Assembly: GCA_963726745.1 (NCBI GenBank)
Contig: CAVSDR010000003.1
Coordinates: 480,001-544,000 of the forward strand
Direction: 5' to 3'
DNA length: 64,000 nt
Source: an uncultured Verrucomicrobiae bacterium
GTDB lineage: Bacteria; Verrucomicrobiota; Verrucomicrobiia; Chthoniobacterales; UBA10450
In this document: positions 29,326 through 38,755 of the stretch, piece after piece
Layout of the letters: each line of letters starts with the position of its first letter
How positions within the stretch are numbered: position 1 is the stretch's first letter
The notes under the pieces: generated by a model
Databases searched by the model: none
Told to the model about the DNA's origin: nothing
Seen by the model: only the letters and a program-made list of their open reading frames with translations
Made by a program: the position numbers and the translations under genes

Positions 29326-31478
29326 GAGCGCGGGACGAGCAGGCTCCGCAGCTCGAAGGTGCGGTGTCCATCGGCTTCCTGCCAGCAGAGATGCTCCGGA
29401 TCGGGCAGCATCTCGGTGAGCTCGAGCTCGCCCGCTTTCTTCATCCAGCGATTGAGAATCTCGAGCGAGAGATAGCTTTCGAGGTCGAGGTAGACCGGCT
29501 TGGTGTCCTTGTCGCGACCCTCGGCGCCGCTGCGGCGGAGCGCGCCCTCGGTCGGGCGGAGGTAGACGTAGCGCGGGAGATCGCGCGCGGCGCGGAGTTT
29601 TTCCACCGCGAGGACGAGCGCGGGTGCGACGCCCTGGTAATCAGCAGCCGGCAGATCTTGCTCGCTAATGATCCAGGCCCGGCGCTGCACGATCGCCCGT
29701 CCGCAACGCAGCCGCGGCAGGTGCGGGAGGCCGCCGAAGTGGAACGGGTGAAAGCCCAACGGGATAAGCCAGGCGCGCGCGAAAGAGCCGAGGTATTCCT
29801 TGTTTCCCGCGCGCCGAAATCCGACGTCGCCCGTCGTCTCGTCGAGGAACACTTCCGTCTCCGCGGGCGCGACCTGCCGCCAACTCTTATCGGCACGCTG
29901 GTCGGCGACAAAGTAAGTGAGCTCAGGCAGCGCATCGAACAGCCGCACGGTGGTGTGCGCGGTGAAGTCGGCGGCAAAAAAGCCGTAATGCACGCTCGGC
30001 TTCCCGCCGGTAGTGCGGGCGAGCGCGGCGCGGAGCGCGGGTTTGTCCGGGCAACTCCAGTAAAGCGCGTGATGCAGGAGCGCGACCGGCGGATGGAATT
30101 CGCCCACGATCCACTCGTATTCGCCGAGCGTCACGGCCTCAAAGGAGCGCGCGGAAAGCTGCAGGTCGGCGGCCGGGTAAGTGTATTCGTCGAAGGCGGG
30201 GAACTCGAAATTCTCGCGCACGAAGGCGCAGTCTTTCGCGGTCAGATTCCACTCGGCTTCGTGCGCGTGCGCCTCCGCCATCTTGCGGAAAGCGGCTTTC
30301 ACTTCGGCAAAAGCGATCGCGGCTGGCGCGACCAAGCCGACGCCGGTGAGCGGGAGATTTTTGGCCGCGCAATGCGCGAGGAACTCCGGCAACGGCATGG
30401 CGCCGTCTTTGGCGTCCGCGGAGCGCAGCATCCCGGCGAGCGCCTGGGCCACGCGGTGCGCGACGAAGTTGTAGACGTCGCGCCAAAGGCCAAACCACGG
30501 CTCGATGTCAGCCGTGAGCTGTTCGACCATTTCGTGCGTGATGCTGAAGTTCGCCTCGCGCCGGCATTCCTCGGCGATCGGATTGGCCGCGGCGTAAAGA
30601 AAGCGGCGACCGGTGCTGAGCTTGCCGCCTAAATCATCGAGCGCGCGGCGGGCTTCGCTCATGAGCGCGGCCCGCTGCTCGAGATCGGCCGTGCCAGCGA
30701 AGTTGCTGCCTAACGACTGGAGATGCTGCGCGCGCTCATGCCAGGGCGAGTCCGGCGCCATCTCGCTGGCTAAAATCGCGAAGGCTTCCGGCTCCATCGC
30801 CGGGACCGCGAGATCGCCCGCGGCCGCGGCGAGGGTGTGCGCGGCCCAGCGCTCGAGAAAACTGATTCGCTCCGCGATCCCCGGCTGCGGCTCAAAGCGC
30901 AGGGTGTCGGCAATCGTGCCCCAGGCGGACGGCCCGAACTCGCTGTAGGTATCGTTCTTCCCGCAGACGCGCTGGAGGTAGAGATAAAGGTGACGCTCGT
31001 GCTCACGCGCGCGGGCGTTACGCGGTGGCAGCGGTTCGCCGGCCACGGGCAGGCGGTCGCGGAATTCGCCCGCGGAAAAGAGCAGATAGCCGGGCAAAAC
31101 CGTGCGGCTGGATTCCAACAAGGAAGCACGCGCGGCTTCCATTTCGCGGCTGAGCGTGCTGGCTAATTCCCGCTCGAGTCCGGCCGTTGCTTCGCGTTGG
31201 CGGATGAACTCGGCGAGCGCCCCCGGCAGGTCGGCCGTGGATTTTTCCCCGCCGCGCAGGAGCGCCCGGCAGGCGCGCGATTCCTCCGCGCTGAGACCGC
31301 TCGCGCGCGCGCCGACAAATTCCTCGGCCCGCTGCCGCGCCGCCGCGAGTTCCTTCTGCCTAACGAGCAGTGCACGCGCAAGGCGCGAGCTTTCGCTGGT
31401 GGCGAGCCGCAGAAGATGCTCGAACGGGACGCCCGTCGCCCGAATCAAAAAAGGCGAGGCAAGGGTGACGGACGACAC
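29322..31478 (-). CDS. Lantibiotic-dehydratase N-domain-only protein (small LanB / PEARL-like peptide aminoacyl-tRNA ligase)
   Basis: YLQRVCGKNDTYSEFGP..WG, GEFH, PRL...IVQR..W, LPRYVY, KP.YLD.ES, EMLPDPE.L...G..T.ELR; no elimination domain. Confidence 0.85.
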   Translation of the reverse strand: MSSVTLASPFLIRATGVPFEHLLRLATSESSRLARALLVRQKELAAARQRAEEFVGARASGLSAEESRACRALLRGGEKSTADLPGALAEFIRQREATAGLERELASTLSREMEAARASLLESSRTVLPGYLLFSAGEFRDRLPVAGEPLPPRNARAREHERHLYLYLQRVCGKNDTYSEFGPSAWGTIADTLRFEPQPGIAERISFLERWAAHTLAAAAGDLAVPAMEPEAFAILASEMAPDSPWHERAQHLQSLGSNFAGTADLEQRAALMSEARRALDDLGGKLSTGRRFLYAAANPIAEECRREANFSITHEMVEQLTADIEPWFGLWRDVYNFVAHRVAQALAGMLRSADAKDGAMPLPEFLAHCAAKNLPLTGVGLVAPAAIAFAEVKAAFRKMAEAHAHEAEWNLTAKDCAFVRENFEFPAFDEYTYPAADLQLSARSFEAVTLGEYEWIVGEFHPPVALLHHALYWSCPDKPALRAALARTTGGKPSVHYGFFAADFTAHTTVRLFDALPELTYFVADQRADKSWRQVAPAETEVFLDETTGDVGFRRAGNKEYLGSFARAWLIPLGFHPFHFGGLPHLPRLRCGRAIVQRRAWIISEQDLPAADYQGVAPALVLAVEKLRAARDLPRYVYLRPTEGALRRSGAEGRDKDTKPVYLDLESYLSLEILNRWMKKAGELELTEMLPDPEHLCWQEADGHRTFELRSLLVPRS

Positions 31479-31535
31479 GCGTGCACGAAACGCGCAAGGT
31501 GTGCGACTGACAAGCGAAACCCCGCAGCGTGCCGG

Positions 31536-32688
31536 CTATTTCGGCGGGAGCAGGGGCAGACGGATGGTGAAAGTCGTCCCCTGGTTCGGGGCGCTGTCGA
31601 CCTTGATCGAGCCATTATGATCCTCGACCACTTTCTTGGTGATGTAGAGGCCGAGGCCGGTGCCGCTTTTGCCCTGCTTGGTGGTGAAGTAGGGCTCGAA
31701 GATTTTCGGGATTTGCGCCTCGGTCATTCCGAGGCCGGTGTCGCTCACGCGCACGTCGACGTAAAATTCCTTGCGCACGCAATGCACGGTTACGCGTCCC
31801 TGGGTGTCGCCCGCGGCCTGGATGGCGTTGATGATCACGTTCTGGATGGCGCGTTTAATCTGGAGCGATTCGCCCATCAGGGTGCCGGCGTCCTCGCAAA
31901 TCTCGGTCTCCAGCTCGACGCCATTCTGCGTGGCGATGGGAGCGGCGCCTTTCACGATCTCCTGCACGATCGCGGAGATGGCGATCGGCTGGTGCGGGGC
32001 GGCCTCGACGCTGCCGTAGCTCTGCCACATGGTGAGGAGTTCGCGGCAGAGGCGGACATTCTGCTCGATGATATTCAACTCCTTCGCGGAGGTGGCAGTC
32101 TTGCCGTTCTCGGCTTCGGAGGCCTCGAGCTTTTTCGCGAGCAACTGCACGTAACCCCAGACGATCGTGAGCGGGTTTCCGAGATCGTGCACGAATTCCG
32201 CGGAAGCCTGGCCGAGCGAGGCCAGCCGCTCCTTTTGCGCAAGCTCCTTGAGCAAGCGGTTGTTGAGCTCGCGGATCTCGGTCGCCGCCGTGTCGCCAGT
32301 GCGCTGGACTGCGGGTGCGCTCGACGTTGCGGCTGATGACATCCCGCATTTCATGCGCATCGAAAGGCTTACTGATGTAGTCGTTTGCGCCCAGGCGGAG
32401 CGCTTCCTGCGCGGTCTCGAGCGCGCCAAAGCCGGTGAGCATGATCACGGCGACGTGCGGATCGATCTCGCGAATGAGACGGAGACCATCGATGCCGTTG
32501 GTTCCGGGCATGCGGATATCGGTGATGACCGCATCGGGATGCTTCTCGCGAAGAAGACGCAATCCATTTTCCACCGAGTCGGCCAGATGTACCTGATAGT
32601 TTGGCTTCAGGAGCATGCGGAGACTTTCGCGCGGCCCCATCTCATCATCGATAACGAGGACTTGAGGAAGTTCAGGGCAGGCGGTCAT
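31536..32688 (-). CDS. Hybrid receiver-histidine kinase (REC + HisKA + HATPase); 1-base insertion at ~32310
   Basis: REC IDDE..DIRMP..KPF joins in the next frame to ..VQRTG..FVHDLGNPL..NAIQA..DTG.G..FTTK..GTGLGL. Confidence 0.88.
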
Positions 32689-32710
32689 AGGAGAAAGCAA
32701 AGCCAGAGAA

Positions 32711-32726
32711 AGCTAAGGCCGTGCCG
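32711..32726 (-). promoter_or_regulatory. sigma54 (-24/-12) promoter candidate for the REC-HK gene
   Basis: Minus strand CGGCACGGCCTTAGCT = GG-N10-GC with GGCACG core. Confidence 0.6.
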
Positions 32727-32748
32727 TGGCCGAATGGAATCTTTCGAC

Positions 32749-32764
32749 CGGCACGCTTTGCGCA
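32749..32764 (+). promoter_or_regulatory. sigma54 (-24/-12) promoter candidate for the ketosynthase-kinase operon
   Basis: CGGCACGCTTTGCGCA = GG-N10-GC with GGCACG core. Confidence 0.5.
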
Positions 32765-32919
32765 TAAAATCCGCCGCCGCATTGGCTGCCAAGAAACAGC
32801 CGCCATTGGAAGATGCAACTTGTGAATCCGAAACGATCTGCGCCATATACATAAAGTTTACGAATGCGTAAAGACTGGTTTTGGAGCGAAAACAGCAGCG
32901 CACGTGACAGTTACTGGAA

Positions 32920-34164
32920 ATGCATAAGCGAAATCGGGTGGTGGTGACGGGGATGGGCGTACTCGCTCCAAACGGCACCGGGTTAAAGGCCTTTTGGGAA
33001 TCGCTTCTGGAGGGACGAAGCGGGATCGGGCCGATCACGCTCTTCGATGCCACCGGCTACAAAAGCCGGATCGCGGGCGAGGTAAAAGACTTCGATCCGC
33101 TGGATTATATGGAGGCAGAACTAAAACCAAAGCGGATGGCACGGCATACGCAGTTGGCCTACGCCGCAACCATGATGGCGCTACGCGACGCAGGCCTGGA
33201 CCTGAACAATCTTGAACTCCCGAGCCCGACCCCGGTAATCATCGGGGTAAGCATGAATGCGATGGATGTGGTCGAGCGAGCTTTTCATGTTGTGCAAAAC
33301 GTGAGTCCGAATCGTGCGGCCCCCACAACCTCGGCTGCTTCCATCCCACAAGCGCCGGCGAACGTGATCGCTGATCGCTTGGGTGCCTGTGCGAATGCTT
33401 CCACCGTTTCCTCGGCCTGCCCTTCTGGACTCGACGCCTTGGCCGATGCCGCAGCGATGATCCGCAGCGGAGAGGTTGAATTGGCCGTAGCCGGCGGAAC
33501 GGACGCCCCAATCACTCCATTGGTGATGGCCAGCTTTATCGCCAGCGGCCTTAGTTCGCATAGAAACGACGAGCCCGAAAAAGCGAGTCGGCCCTTTGAT
33601 ATCGATCGCGACACTGGCGTCATTTCCGAAGGCGCAGGCATCATGATTCTCGAAAATCTAGAACGGGCGGAGGCTCGGGGCGCGCGGATTTACCTGGAGA
33701 TCGAGAGCTACGGGAAACAGCGCGACCGCGATCCGGAACGGCCCGCGTCTGGCCTGGAGGACTCGATGCACATCGCGCTGGGTAATGCCGGCTGGACCCC
33801 GGACGACGTGGATTACATATCCGCCTACGGGCCCGGTCACCCGATTCTTGACGCGGCTGAAATCCGGGTAGTGAAGAAATTCTTCGGGGCTCGCTCGTCC
33901 CTGATCCCGGTGAACTCGATTAAAGGCTCAACCGGGAATGCGCTCGCCGCGGGGGGGCCGTTTCAGGTGATCGCCTCCGCCCTCGCGATTCAGCACCAGC
34001 TGATCCCGCCGACGGCCAACTGCGATGTCCTGGATCCGTCCATCGACATGGATATCGTCCGATTTAAGCCGCGCAGGATTAAATTGAGCCGGCTTTTGAT
34101 CAACGTTCGCGGTCTGGGGGGAAGCGCCAGCACCATGGCCGTGAGCCAAGTAAATGGCCGATGA
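32920..34164 (+). CDS. FabF-like beta-ketoacyl synthase with an altered active site (Cys kept; both His lost)
   Basis: RVVVTGMG, SACPSG, SRPFD..R, EGAG..ILE; SAYGPG in place of NAHGTS; KGSTGN in place of KS.TGH; NVRGLGG in place of NSFGFGG. Confidence 0.9.
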   Translation: MHKRNRVVVTGMGVLAPNGTGLKAFWESLLEGRSGIGPITLFDATGYKSRIAGEVKDFDPLDYMEAELKPKRMARHTQLAYAATMMALRDAGLDLNNLELPSPTPVIIGVSMNAMDVVERAFHVVQNVSPNRAAPTTSAASIPQAPANVIADRLGACANASTVSSACPSGLDALADAAAMIRSGEVELAVAGGTDAPITPLVMASFIASGLSSHRNDEPEKASRPFDIDRDTGVISEGAGIMILENLERAEARGARIYLEIESYGKQRDRDPERPASGLEDSMHIALGNAGWTPDDVDYISAYGPGHPILDAAEIRVVKKFFGARSSLIPVNSIKGSTGNALAAGGPFQVIASALAIQHQLIPPTANCDVLDPSIDMDIVRFKPRRIKLSRLLINVRGLGGSASTMAVSQVNGR

Positions 34165-36683
34165 GTGGAGCGGCCATCTCCACCCTCATTGCGATTGCAG
34201 TCCAAGTCGCACTGGGATTAGCGGTCTACCAAGCGAATCGCCACCGTCGAGCAAACCAAAGCTTTCTACTGCTCTCGGGGGTGATTGGCATCTGGCTGGG
34301 AAGTCTCTACCAAACTATGACGGTGAGCCGCAGCGGCGAAGCGCTGTTCTACATCCGGCAAGCATCGGCCGCCGGGGCCTACATCTTGGTTGCTTTTCAC
34401 ATCCTTCGTTTGTCGATGCAGACAGGCGAGCACTCCTGGAAAGTCATTTTTTTCAAGGCCCGCTGGTGGCTGGGGATGGGCACGGCCGTTGCGGTTTTCT
34501 GCCAGACAAACTTTTTCCTGAAAGGAGTCAGCTGGACGCAGTCAGCAACATCTGGAGTTCCGACGCCAACGCCGGTCTACGGAACGGCTGCCTTCGTCTT
34601 CGTGGCCTATTTCATCATCGCGGGCGTTTCCTACGTGGTTGGATATGCCCGCGATCTGCGCCGCTCCAGCGGACGCCAGCAGGCTGAGATCGCCTTTATC
34701 CTCATCGGCGCGGTCGTGACGCTGGCCACTGTGCTGATCGCCTTTGTCCTGCGCTTCTTTGTTGATCAATCCCGGTTGATCTGGTTCGCGCCTTTTCGGA
34801 TCGTTCTCTTCAGCCTCATCATTGCCTACGGCATCGCGACCCAAAAGATCATGGAGGTGGGTCTCTTTATAAGGCGCGCGATTGGCTACAGCCTTCTCAC
34901 CCTTTACCTCCTCGCGCTTTACGGAGTCGTTTGGTGGCTGGTTCTCACCGTGGCGGGGCCCGTCTTTGCCGGTGATGCCTCCCGCATCGCCCATGTCCTG
35001 GCCGCCATCGCGATTGCTTTCGCCATGGCCCCTGCACGGGGAGTTTCTCAAGGCGTGGCCGACCGGCTATTCATAGGATCACGCCGCCTCGATTTTCGCG
35101 CCACGGTGAACAAGGCCATTGCCATCCTCCGGTCAGTCAGCACCATCAGCGAGTTGCTCGAAAAATTTGCCACCACCATCGCCGAGGCGGTGGATACCGA
35201 CCGCATCCTCATTCTGCAGCCGAGTCGCATCGGCTTTGCCCAGCAATACCCCCCATTGCCTGCGACCGGAAGAGTCGGCTTGATCGAGCTGAGTAAAGAC
35301 GATCCGCTGATTCGGCACCTCGAAATGAGTCCGGAACCGATCGTCCTGGACGAGATCAATCTCATCCGGCCGACTCCGCAAATGGAGCGTGTCGCCCGAC
35401 GAATGGGCTCGATTCAGATTGCGGTCGCCGTCGGCATTTTCTCCCGCGACCAACTTGCCGGCGTCCTGCTTCTAGGGCCTCGCCGCTCTGGCCAAATCTA
35501 TGGGAGCGCCGAGCAAAACGCACTGCAAGTGCTTTCGGGGCAGCTCGCGGTGGCGATCGAAAACGCGCACCTCTTTACCGAAGTGCAGAACGCGAAGATC
35601 TACAACGAAACCCTGCTGCAAAACATGACCACGGGGGTAATCGCGGCCGATGTGGACGGGCTGATTTCCGTCTTCAACCGGGAGGCGGAGCAGATCACCA
35701 ATCTGTCCTCGACAAATCTCGTGGGCGAAGCGGTCTACGTTTTACCGCTGGCCTTGCGCGAGGTCATCCAGGACACCCTGCGCTCCGGCGAGCGGCAGGA
35801 GAATCGGGAGCTCGAGCTGCAGGCAAAAGGCGAGGAAGTGATCGTGCGCGCGAGCAGCTCGGTCTTCCACGGCGAGGATGGGACCATGCTCGGCGCGATG
35901 ATGGTGTTGACCGATGTGACCGCGCTGAAGCGCCTGGAATTGCAGATTCGCCGGAGCGATCGCCTCGCCAGCCTGGGCACGCTTTCCGCCGGGATGGCGC
36001 ACGAAATCAAGAACCCGCTGGTCTCGATCAAAACCTTTGCGCAACTCTTGCCAGAGCGGTATCAGGACAGCGATTTCCGCGAGACTTTCTCGAATCTCAT
36101 CGGGCACGAGATCGACCGGATCGACTCCCTCGTGAACCAATTGCTCCGTTTCGCCAAGCCGACCAAGCCGCTCCTCAAGCCCGTGCACTTGCACGAAGTG
36201 CTGGAAAAGTCGCTCATGCTCGTCGGGCACCGCCTCTACCAGAAAGAAATCAAATTAACTCGTTCGTGGAATGCGGATGTGGATACTATCCGCGCTGATG
36301 GCGACCAGATGGAGCAGGTTTTCCTTAACTTTTTCCTGAACGCCATGGACGCGATGCAGCAGGGCGGCGAGCTCACCGTCTCCACCGAAATCCGCCCCGC
36401 AAATGACTGGGCGGCGCTCAAGGGCACCGGTCGCAGCGGCGAAATCCTGCGCGTGACCGTGCGCGACAACGGCGAGGGCATCAAGGCCGAGAACGTGGCC
36501 CACGTCTTCGATCCATTTTTTACCACCAAGGACTACGGCACCGGCCTCGGCCTTTCCGTGGTCCATGGGATTGTGCAGGAACATGGCGGCCAAATCGAAG
36601 TAGAGAGCGAGCTCGCCCAGGGAACCTCGTTCCACATCCTCCTCCCCTTGGTGCGCTTCGTTGAGGAGGTCGCCGCCGCATGA
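34161..36683 (+). CDS. Multi-TM (7TM-like) GAF-PAS sensor histidine kinase
   Basis: About 9 hydrophobic helices, GAF ending AVAIENA, PAS GVIAAD.DG.I..FN..AE, MAHEIKNPL, NAMDAM, FFTTK..GTGLGL. Confidence 0.92.
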   Translation: MSGAAISTLIAIAVQVALGLAVYQANRHRRANQSFLLLSGVIGIWLGSLYQTMTVSRSGEALFYIRQASAAGAYILVAFHILRLSMQTGEHSWKVIFFKARWWLGMGTAVAVFCQTNFFLKGVSWTQSATSGVPTPTPVYGTAAFVFVAYFIIAGVSYVVGYARDLRRSSGRQQAEIAFILIGAVVTLATVLIAFVLRFFVDQSRLIWFAPFRIVLFSLIIAYGIATQKIMEVGLFIRRAIGYSLLTLYLLALYGVVWWLVLTVAGPVFAGDASRIAHVLAAIAIAFAMAPARGVSQGVADRLFIGSRRLDFRATVNKAIAILRSVSTISELLEKFATTIAEAVDTDRILILQPSRIGFAQQYPPLPATGRVGLIELSKDDPLIRHLEMSPEPIVLDEINLIRPTPQMERVARRMGSIQIAVAVGIFSRDQLAGVLLLGPRRSGQIYGSAEQNALQVLSGQLAVAIENAHLFTEVQNAKIYNETLLQNMTTGVIAADVDGLISVFNREAEQITNLSSTNLVGEAVYVLPLALREVIQDTLRSGERQENRELELQAKGEEVIVRASSSVFHGEDGTMLGAMMVLTDVTALKRLELQIRRSDRLASLGTLSAGMAHEIKNPLVSIKTFAQLLPERYQDSDFRETFSNLIGHEIDRIDSLVNQLLRFAKPTKPLLKPVHLHEVLEKSLMLVGHRLYQKEIKLTRSWNADVDTIRADGDQMEQVFLNFFLNAMDAMQQGGELTVSTEIRPANDWAALKGTGRSGEILRVTVRDNGEGIKAENVAHVFDPFFTTKDYGTGLGLSVVHGIVQEHGGQIEVESELAQGTSFHILLPLVRFVEEVAAA

Positions 36684-38686
36684 CCCTGCCTCCGGTCTGC
36701 ATCTTGTACAGTCAGGATGCCGACCTTGTCCGGCGCGTAAAAGCCTTCCTGCGGCTCGTCGCCCAGGTGCGTCACGTCGGCCAACTCGACCGGCTCGATG
36801 CCGTCCTGCAACAGGCCAGCCCGGCGTTGCTCTTCCTTGACCTGCGCGCGGAAGGCGCGCGCGATCTCGTCGGCCAGGTGCAAAAGGAGTGGCCGGAAGT
36901 TTTACTCACCGCGCTGGGTGCGCCGCGCTCCGAGCCGCTGCGCGAGGCCGAACAATGCGGCATCTATGCGGTGGAGGATTTGCAACTCGATCGCCGGCGC
37001 TTCCAGGCACTCGTTAGCCGCGGCTTCGATCACCTCCGCTTGATGCAAGAAAACCGCGAGCTGCGCGACCAAAACAACGCCACCCCTACGCCGGAACCGC
37101 CGCGCCGGCTGGACCAGACGCCCGACCGCTACGCCCCTTCCATGCCGCTGCTGCGCTTCCCGCGCGTCTTCCGCCGCTTCGATAATGTCGAGACGCTGCT
37201 CGCGACCGTCGTGGAAGGTGTGGCCGATGCCGCCGGGGTCACGCGCGTGGGTATTTTCTCGCGCATCCGCCAGAGCGATCGCTACCGCCTGCGCGCCGGG
37301 CTGCGTTGTCTCCAGGAAACTTACGAGATCGAATATGGCGAGCGCGACGCCCTCGTGCGCTGGTTCGAGCTGCATGCGCATTTGATTTGCCGGAACAATC
37401 TCGCGCAGGCTTCCGATGCTCCGCAGCGCGCCCTCATGCGCCGCGCGCTCGATACTTTTGGCGCCGAGGTCATCGTCCCGCTCTACGCTCGCGGGAGCAT
37501 CATCGGCTGGCTCTTCTTTGGCCACAAAGTCACCGGGCAACGCTTCGAATATCCCGACCTCGAGAACCTGATGATGCTCGCGGAGCATGTCTCGACCGTG
37601 CTCGAGAATGCCCTCCTCTACGAGGAAGTGACGGTGCAGAAAACTCTCGCCGAGACGCTCCTGAAATCGATTCCGCCGGGCATTGTTGCGACCGACGAGG
37701 ACGCGATCATTCGCTGGTTCAACCCGACCGCCGAACAAATCCTCGGCCTGCGCGCGGAGGACGTGATCAACCATCCCGTCGAGGCCGCCGGCACCCGGCT
37801 CGCCTCATTCCTGCGCGAAACTCTCGAGGCGAAATCCCATCTTCCTTCGCAGCAATGGATCGACGCCAACACCCGGCGTTCTCTCTCGGTGGAGACGCGG
37901 CGCCTCGTCGGCGAACGCACCCCATTGGGCGCCGTTGCGGTAGTGCAGGACCTGACGAACGAAGAGAGCCTGCGGCAAAAGAAAGACCTGCTCGATCGCG
38001 CCGCTTTCTGGACCGATCTGGCCGCAAGCATGTCGCACGAAATTCGTAATCCGCTGGTCGCGATCAAAACCTTCGCGCAGCTCCTGCCGGAGCGCTTCGA
38101 GGACGAGGATTTCCGGCGCGACTTCAATCACATCGTCGTCGAGGAGGTCGATCGCCTCGATAAGATCATCAGCCAAATCAACGACTTTGCGCATCCGCCG
38201 GAGTTGATCATGCGCCCGATCGACCTGCGTGCTTCCGTGCGCCGCGCGCTCGAGGTCGCACGTGAGAAGTTTCACACCAATGGCACCCCGGTGGAAATCG
38301 ACCTGCCGCCCGATCTCCCTCGCGTCCTCGGCGATGAAGGCGCACTCACCGAAGCCTTCGCCCATCTCGTTGCCAATGCCGCCGAGGCCACTCACGGCCA
38401 GGCGAAACCGAAGATCACCCTCGCGGCCAAATCCATTCGCACCGGCGAGGCCACCAGCGGCGTCGTCGTGATCGTGCAGGATAACGGCGGCGGCATTTCG
38501 CCCGATCTGAAGGACAAAGTCTTCTCGCCTTTCTGCACCACCAAGGCCCGCGGCATGGGCCTGGGCCTCCCGATCGTCAAGCGCACCGTGTTCGATCACA
38601 ACGGCCGCGTGGACATCGACTCGAACCCGCAGGGCACCTCCGTCAGCGTCATGCTTCCGGTGACGGAGTTGCGGCTTTCTTCCTAG
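36680..38686 (+). CDS. Soluble kinase: degenerate receiver + GAF + PAS + HisKA/HATPase
   Basis: N-terminal REC-like fold without the acidic pair or KP; MSHEIRNPLVAIKTFAQLLPER; DNGGGI, FCTTK..GMGLGL. Confidence 0.88.
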   Translation: MTLPPVCILYSQDADLVRRVKAFLRLVAQVRHVGQLDRLDAVLQQASPALLFLDLRAEGARDLVGQVQKEWPEVLLTALGAPRSEPLREAEQCGIYAVEDLQLDRRRFQALVSRGFDHLRLMQENRELRDQNNATPTPEPPRRLDQTPDRYAPSMPLLRFPRVFRRFDNVETLLATVVEGVADAAGVTRVGIFSRIRQSDRYRLRAGLRCLQETYEIEYGERDALVRWFELHAHLICRNNLAQASDAPQRALMRRALDTFGAEVIVPLYARGSIIGWLFFGHKVTGQRFEYPDLENLMMLAEHVSTVLENALLYEEVTVQKTLAETLLKSIPPGIVATDEDAIIRWFNPTAEQILGLRAEDVINHPVEAAGTRLASFLRETLEAKSHLPSQQWIDANTRRSLSVETRRLVGERTPLGAVAVVQDLTNEESLRQKKDLLDRAAFWTDLAASMSHEIRNPLVAIKTFAQLLPERFEDEDFRRDFNHIVVEEVDRLDKIISQINDFAHPPELIMRPIDLRASVRRALEVAREKFHTNGTPVEIDLPPDLPRVLGDEGALTEAFAHLVANAAEATHGQAKPKITLAAKSIRTGEATSGVVVIVQDNGGGISPDLKDKVFSPFCTTKARGMGLGLPIVKRTVFDHNGRVDIDSNPQGTSVSVMLPVTELRLSS

Positions 38687-38755
38687 AAATCAGCCGGCGC
38701 GCTCGCAGCCGCCTTTAGGCTTTTGCCGGGAAGCTTTTCGGTTAGCTTCGAGCCC

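Noticed and set aside
1..31478. Linking the C39 exporter and the PEARL-like gene into one RiPP cluster
   Set aside because: They are ~26 kb apart with housekeeping genes between them, and no precursor peptide is visible; nothing in the sequence ties them together.
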